Origin: an uncultured virus (IMG/VR IMGVR_UViG_3300032073_000001)
Taxonomy: Duplodnaviria > Heunggongvirae > Uroviricota > Caudoviricetes
DNA: 20,000 bases
IMG/VR virus record: IMGVR_UViG_3300032073_000001
Direction: 5' to 3' (one strand)
The position numbers were made by a program, and so were the translations under genes. Shown piece by piece: positions 15,767 through 20,000 of the stretch. The notes under the pieces were generated by a model. That model searched no databases, was not told the origin of the DNA, and saw only the letters and a program-made list of their open reading frames with translations. The first letter of the stretch is position 1. Each line of letters begins with the position of its first letter.

Positions 15767-18700
15767 CCTACAACATCACCGGTTGCATAAATTGCTCCTC
15801 CTACGTAAAGTGAATAACTAGAGGAAGTAGTAGACCCTGCAACAGCTAAACAAGAATTACTTCTATGCCAATACCATTGCCAACCATTTGTACCATTCCA
15901 GTCACCTCCATTACCTGCTGAATCATACATACCACCAACAACATCACCACCATTATCATGCAGTATTCCGGAATAACCACCTCTTGACCCGGCCAATCTC
16001 CAAGAACCGTAACTTCCTAATGTATTTGGGTACCAGTGAGAACCATTAATACTTGATGAATATAAACCAGATCCACCAACTTGTGTCCAGTTATTTAATT
16101 GTGAATATCCATTGGTTTCAGTTCTCATTATAATACTATTACCACTAGCGGCAGAATTCATACCATCGAGTAAGTCAGCATCAAGACCTGAACCTGAGCC
16201 ATCGTTACCAGAGGACCACATTGTAGACCAACTTCCCCAAGAGTTATTTGAAACTTGTCTGTGGTATAATTTTCCTGCTTGGTTATATTGACCGAATAAT
16301 TGCCATCCATAGTGTGTACTTGTATTGTGTCGTACTTGAAGGCCTTGAATATGTGTAGTACCTGGTGGGAAATTACTTCCTGACCAAGCATCAATAAATC
16401 CTGCACGTGGTGTAGAAGTAAATACATCGTTTAGGTTATGACCACTAGATCCTGGGAATACTCCACTAGTATTAGTTCCACGATTAAAATATGTACTATC
16501 AATGCCATCAAGTAAGTCAGCATCTAGTCCTGAACCTGAACCGTCATTTCCGTCTGTCCAAATCTTCTGCCATCCATAACCAGAACCACCATTCGCCCAC
16601 CAACCTCTAAGATATGTAACACCAGGATTACCTGCTGACATAGCCATCTGCATACCATGGAAATAACTACTGCCACTTGCATAATGCATTGCTTGAAATC
16701 CATTATAATGTGATCCGCTTGGTGGTTTTCCTGCACCACTATTCCAGTTATCTATAAATCCACAACCTCTTTGAAGTAATTCGTTAAAGGTTACATCATT
16801 ATGAGAGTTAGCACCTGTCATATAGGCATCGCCTGACGTATAATTTTGTCTATCATAATCAGTTTGGCCTGACAGTCCCGCCTTCACTTTGAAATGCTTT
16901 AAAGTCATATATCTTAGATAACCATCATCCGAACAATAAACTCTAGCAAGATCAGTAGCTACAGCCAAAGCTCCAGAAGTAGTATTAATCCAACCTGCTT
17001 GAATGTAACCATTAGAATCTGTTCTTACAACTTTGTTTACTTCGTTGTTTCTTCCAGTATGTAAATCTAAACCATCAAGTAAATTAGAGTCTGCTGCTTT
17101 AGCACCAGCTGCTAAGAAAGCAGATGCCTGGTTTCCATCAAGTAGATCAGCATCTAAGCCTGAACCTGAGCCATCATTACCTGAATCCCATATAGTTCTA
17201 AAAGCGGTCCAAGAATCTGTTGGAGAAGCACTGTTATCAGCATTTCTAACTCGTAAATAATTTCCGCCGTTTGCAGCACCATGACCAGAAAAGAGTTGGA
17301 AATCACCTCCCGCATCACTACCGCCTCTACCACCTACGTGTAGAACCGTTCCGTATTCAGGCCATCCATCACTACTTCTTACAAATGAAGTCGATATACC
17401 AACAGGAGAATAACCACTAGCCGCGGTACTTGCACTCCATTGATAATTTCCTGTAGTGGGTAATATTTTAGGCATTTGACCAGTTGGAACTGTACCAGCA
17501 TTTAAATTACTTGCACTTCGATAATATGAACCATGCTGTCCATCAAGCAAATCTGCGTCTAATGTAGAACCGGATCCATCGTTACCTACATGCCATACAT
17601 GATTACCTATAGAACCAACATGAGGAGCTGTAGTAAAATACCATGTCTTATCAATATACATGTAACCATTATTATCTGGGTGAATTTGGTATGTATCTGT
17701 TCCATCATTGGAAACCAGTCTAATTCCGCCATCCCAACTATTTGTGTGAGAATTGAACTGAACATATCCTGTATTATCAATTTGTATTCTAGGTTGTCCA
17801 TTAGTTCCAATATGTAAATCGGTATTTGAAACAGTATCAATACGTGCAGCATTTCCGGTGTGTACATATAATCTTAATTTACTATCATCTGCATCTTCAA
17901 ATAAATCTAAACGAGCATGAGAAGTACCAGAAATATTTACTCTTGCGTTCCAACTTCCATCATTACTAACTGCACCTGTATTATTACCAAATTCATTATA
18001 GACATTAGTAAAACTATTTGAACCACTAAGTGTTGCAAAAGTGCTACTTGATGGGACTGAGATATAACTTGACCAGTTGGCTTCGTTAAGAACTCGTTTT
18101 AAACCTGAACCTTCATCAACTTTGAATGTACCATTCTTAATCTTCTGGATATCCCAAGCGCCCCAAGCAGCATCTAAGAATCCGTAATTTGCTCCACTAC
18201 CATCAAAATACATCTGAATACCATGTGTGCCATCAGATCCTTGTAATACTAAACCACCGTAATCTGTATGACCCATGTTTCTAATTGTTAAACTATGAGT
18301 TGAGTCAGCGCCGACATATTGATTTTGAGAAGCACTTCCATCTAAATAAACAGCACTACCTAAGAATCTACCACTTTTTGTAATAGCAGCAACATTAGTT
18401 CCGCTATTTTTAAATACGAATCCTCTATCTGTTCCACCAGACATTTTGAAATACATATTATAATCGGATGTACTATCTAATGAATGTCTTCCAGCATTAC
18501 CATTACCTTGACTGGCCATTGCAATTGCATATGAACCACCTAAAACTGTACCTGTTCCTCCCCAGAATCCAATACCTTGACCGTCACCAGCTTCTATTGT
18601 TAAATTTCGTGCAGCAACTGCTTTTGTTTGTGTTCCCCAAGTTGATCCATCAAGATTATCTGCATCAAGTCCTGAACTTGCACCATCATTTCCGCTGTGC

Positions 18701-20000
18701 CATAATTCGACCCAGCCTCCCCATGTTCCGCCATATCGTGTTCTAAAGTATGGACCTGCATCGTTGTGTGCATATGGAATTGCAAATTGTGCCATATTTC
18801 CATCGCCATCATAACTAGCATACTCGAATGAGAATGGATGATAGTATTTTCCACTTAAGCTTGAGTCTGGGCCATTTGTTGCATTCCCATAAAGTAGAGT
18901 ATGTCCACTTCCTGAACGTGCATTTGTTGAATGATTCCAGTCTGTAGTTCCGCCAGTTGTTATGGCTCCAAAACCACCAATAATTTGGCCGTATTTTGCA
19001 TTTAATGTGTTACCTGTTCCTGAAGTTCCTAAATTGAGGTCTCCACCCATATCCAAGTTATCTCTGAGCCACATTGTTCCATCACCACGAACAATCATAT
19101 TCGTAGTAGTGTCATCTTTAAATGCGATATCTTCGCCGCCAGAAGTTCGTAAAACTAAATGTTCATCATTAGTATCTGTGGCATACATATAACCTCTAAG
19201 ATTACCAGCAGAAGTATATGCATAATAAACACCACCATTAAGCGCCTTAAAGTTTGTTCCTCTTATTTCACCTGCATTATCATGACCTAATCTTGCAAGG
19301 CCTGATAGTTGTACACCATCTACTGTATCAGCATCTAGTCCAGAACCTGAACCATCGTTAGAAGTAGTAAATAAACCTAGCTGACTTATAAAAGTTGCTG
19401 GTGTAACATATCGAATATAATCATCATTAGAAGAATATATTTTGTTAATAGTGGAAGTTGTTACACCACTAGAAGTATTAATCCAACCAAGGTGAGCATA
19501 ACCATTGTTTTGAGTTCGTAATATTGTATTTGCAGTGTTTTGACTGCTTTGAGTAGTATGTACTTGTAAACCATCAAGAGTATCTGCATCTAGACCAGAA
19601 CCTGCTCCGTCATTTCCGGCATGCCATACAGTATTACCATTAACCCTAGCTACATTTTCACTTATCTCAAAATCAGGGGTCCCAGAAACCAAGTTGTTTG
19701 ATACGTCAAATTTAAACGAATCGGGCGAACCTTCAACATAACCAAAACCGTATCCATGATGACTGGCGTTATATTGCCAAATAGGCAGCATTGAACTCCC
19801 GTGACCAGTTCCATATAGTCCAGTTGTAATAATTCTATTTGCGGTTATTAGTCCACCGCTTGTTACATTTAAATTAGCATCTATAATTGTATTACCATTT
19901 AAATATGTTAAACTATTATTATATAAATGATATGTGGCATGAACTCCGGTCTGACCAGTTCCAAATGCTCCTTTTGTTGAAGCAATACCTGTAGATAATA
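15451..20000 (-). CDS. Long modular tail fibre with knob-like domains and C-terminal peptidase S74 intramolecular chaperone; 5' end outside the window
   Basis: The frame stays open from 19791 to the window edge (LSTGIASTKGAFGTG...GHGSSM), so Met19791 is internal. Repeated GNDGSGSGLDADLLDG linkers; knob-type Q....Y.R.....W..W segments; SSDRRLKKNI..LRGVTYEWK..MGVIAQE..VPEVV..LIEAIKEL coiled-coil tail. Confidence 0.93.
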   Translation of the reverse strand, partial: LSTGIASTKGAFGTGQTGVHATYHLYNNSLTYLNGNTIIDANLNVTSGGLITANRIITTGLYGTGHGSSMLPIWQYNASHHGYGFGYVEGSPDSFKFDVSNNLVSGTPDFEISENVARVNGNTVWHAGNDGAGSGLDADTLDGLQVHTTQSSQNTANTILRTQNNGYAHLGWINTSSGVTTSTINKIYSSNDDYIRYVTPATFISQLGLFTTSNDGSGSGLDADTVDGVQLSGLARLGHDNAGEIRGTNFKALNGGVYYAYTSAGNLRGYMYATDTNDEHLVLRTSGGEDIAFKDDTTTNMIVRGDGTMWLRDNLDMGGDLNLGTSGTGNTLNAKYGQIIGGFGAITTGGTTDWNHSTNARSGSGHTLLYGNATNGPDSSLSGKYYHPFSFEYASYDGDGNMAQFAIPYAHNDAGPYFRTRYGGTWGGWVELWHSGNDGASSGLDADNLDGSTWGTQTKAVAARNLTIEAGDGQGIGFWGGTGTVLGGSYAIAMASQGNGNAGRHSLDSTSDYNMYFKMSGGTDRGFVFKNSGTNVAAITKSGRFLGSAVYLDGSASQNQYVGADSTHSLTIRNMGHTDYGGLVLQGSDGTHGIQMYFDGSGANYGFLDAAWGAWDIQKIKNGTFKVDEGSGLKRVLNEANWSSYISVPSSSTFATLSGSNSFTNVYNEFGNNTGAVSNDGSWNARVNISGTSHARLDLFEDADDSKLRLYVHTGNAARIDTVSNTDLHIGTNGQPRIQIDNTGYVQFNSHTNSWDGGIRLVSNDGTDTYQIHPDNNGYMYIDKTWYFTTAPHVGSIGNHVWHVGNDGSGSTLDADLLDGQHGSYYRSASNLNAGTVPTGQMPKILPTTGNYQWSASTAASGYSPVGISTSFVRSSDGWPEYGTVLHVGGRGGSDAGGDFQLFSGHGAANGGNYLRVRNADNSASPTDSWTAFRTIWDSGNDGSGSGLDADLLDGNQASAFLAAGAKAADSNLLDGLDLHTGRNNEVNKVVRTDSNGYIQAGWINTTSGALAVATDLARVYCSDDGYLRYMTLKHFKVKAGLSGQTDYDRQNYTSGDAYMTGANSHNDVTFNELLQRGCGFIDNWNSGAGKPPSGSHYNGFQAMHYASGSSYFHGMQMAMSAGNPGVTYLRGWWANGGSGYGWQKIWTDGNDGSGSGLDADLLDGIDSTYFNRGTNTSGVFPGSSGHNLNDVFTSTPRAGFIDAWSGSNFPPGTTHIQGLQVRHNTSTHYGWQLFGQYNQAGKLYHRQVSNNSWGSWSTMWSSGNDGSGSGLDADLLDGMNSAASGNSIIMRTETNGYSQLNNWTQVGGSGLYSSSINGSHWYPNTLGSYGSWRLAGSRGGYSGILHDNGGDVVGGMYDSAGNGGDWNGTNGWQWYWHRSNSCLAVAGSTTSSSYSLYVGGAIYATGDVVGSSDRRLKKNINTIENGLAKVEKLRGVTYEWKDSKESGSEGNNVTPERMGVIAQEIIDIVPEVVTHDKENDRYGVSYGHLTGVLIEAIKELSDKVKELEKKLEEK
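16163..19628 (-). repeat. Seven dispersed ~57-bp coding repeats, consensus W-x-x-GNDGSGSGLDADLLDG
   Basis: Copies at approximately 16163-16221, 16505-16563, 17135-17192, 17540-17597, 18647-18703, 19316-19370 and 19571-19628, e.g. ccatcaagtagatcagcatctaagcctgaacctgagccatcattacc; plus a partial AADSNLLDG near 17070-17097. Confidence 0.9.

Noticed and set aside
1775..19192. Numerous short plus-strand ORFs and alternate-frame minus ORFs in the track (e.g. 5550-5804, 15248-15541, 16158-16427, 17607-17867, 18600-18854)
   Set aside because: All overlap well-supported minus-strand genes and show no recognisable motifs.
16163..19628. Repeats as a CRISPR array or DGR template/variable repeats
   Set aside because: They are in-frame coding repeats with irregular long spacing and mostly synonymous variation. 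There is no adenine-specific pattern and no cas or reverse transcriptase gene in the window.
19789..19791. Met at 19791 as the fibre start
   Set aside because: The reading frame is open to position 20000, so the true start is probably outside the window.
15451..20000. T4 gp37-style HxH iron-binding needle
   Set aside because: No repeated HxH motifs are visible in the translated part of the fibre.
1..20000. tRNA, rRNA or larger ncRNA genes
   Set aside because: Intergenic gaps are about 100 nt or less and are occupied by promoters and SD sites; no cloverleaf was seen.

Overview
A 20-kb segment of a T4-like myovirus genome, probably aquatic given its compact gene order and short sheath. All genuine genes are on the minus strand. 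In transcription order (right to left): a long modular tail fibre with a C-terminal peptidase S74 chaperone (5' end outside the window), two small fibre-associated ORFs, and a small gp38-like tip adhesin. An AT-rich enzyme block follows: a divergent PurD-like ATP-grasp ligase, a 2OG-Fe(II) oxygenase and a possible GNAT-fold protein. Next is a second adhesin-like protein, then the core morphogenesis operon gp13-gp14-gp15-gp16-gp17-gp18-gp19-gp20-gp67-gp21-gp22 (gp22 runs off the left edge). T4 late promoters (TATAAATA) precede gp67, gp20, gp18, gp13 and the 202-aa ORF. The most notable feature is the cassette of three putative modifying enzymes bracketed by two adhesin-like genes in the fibre locus, which may be a system for chemically modifying receptor-binding or other virion proteins. 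All family assignments come from motif recognition by eye; no database search was run.
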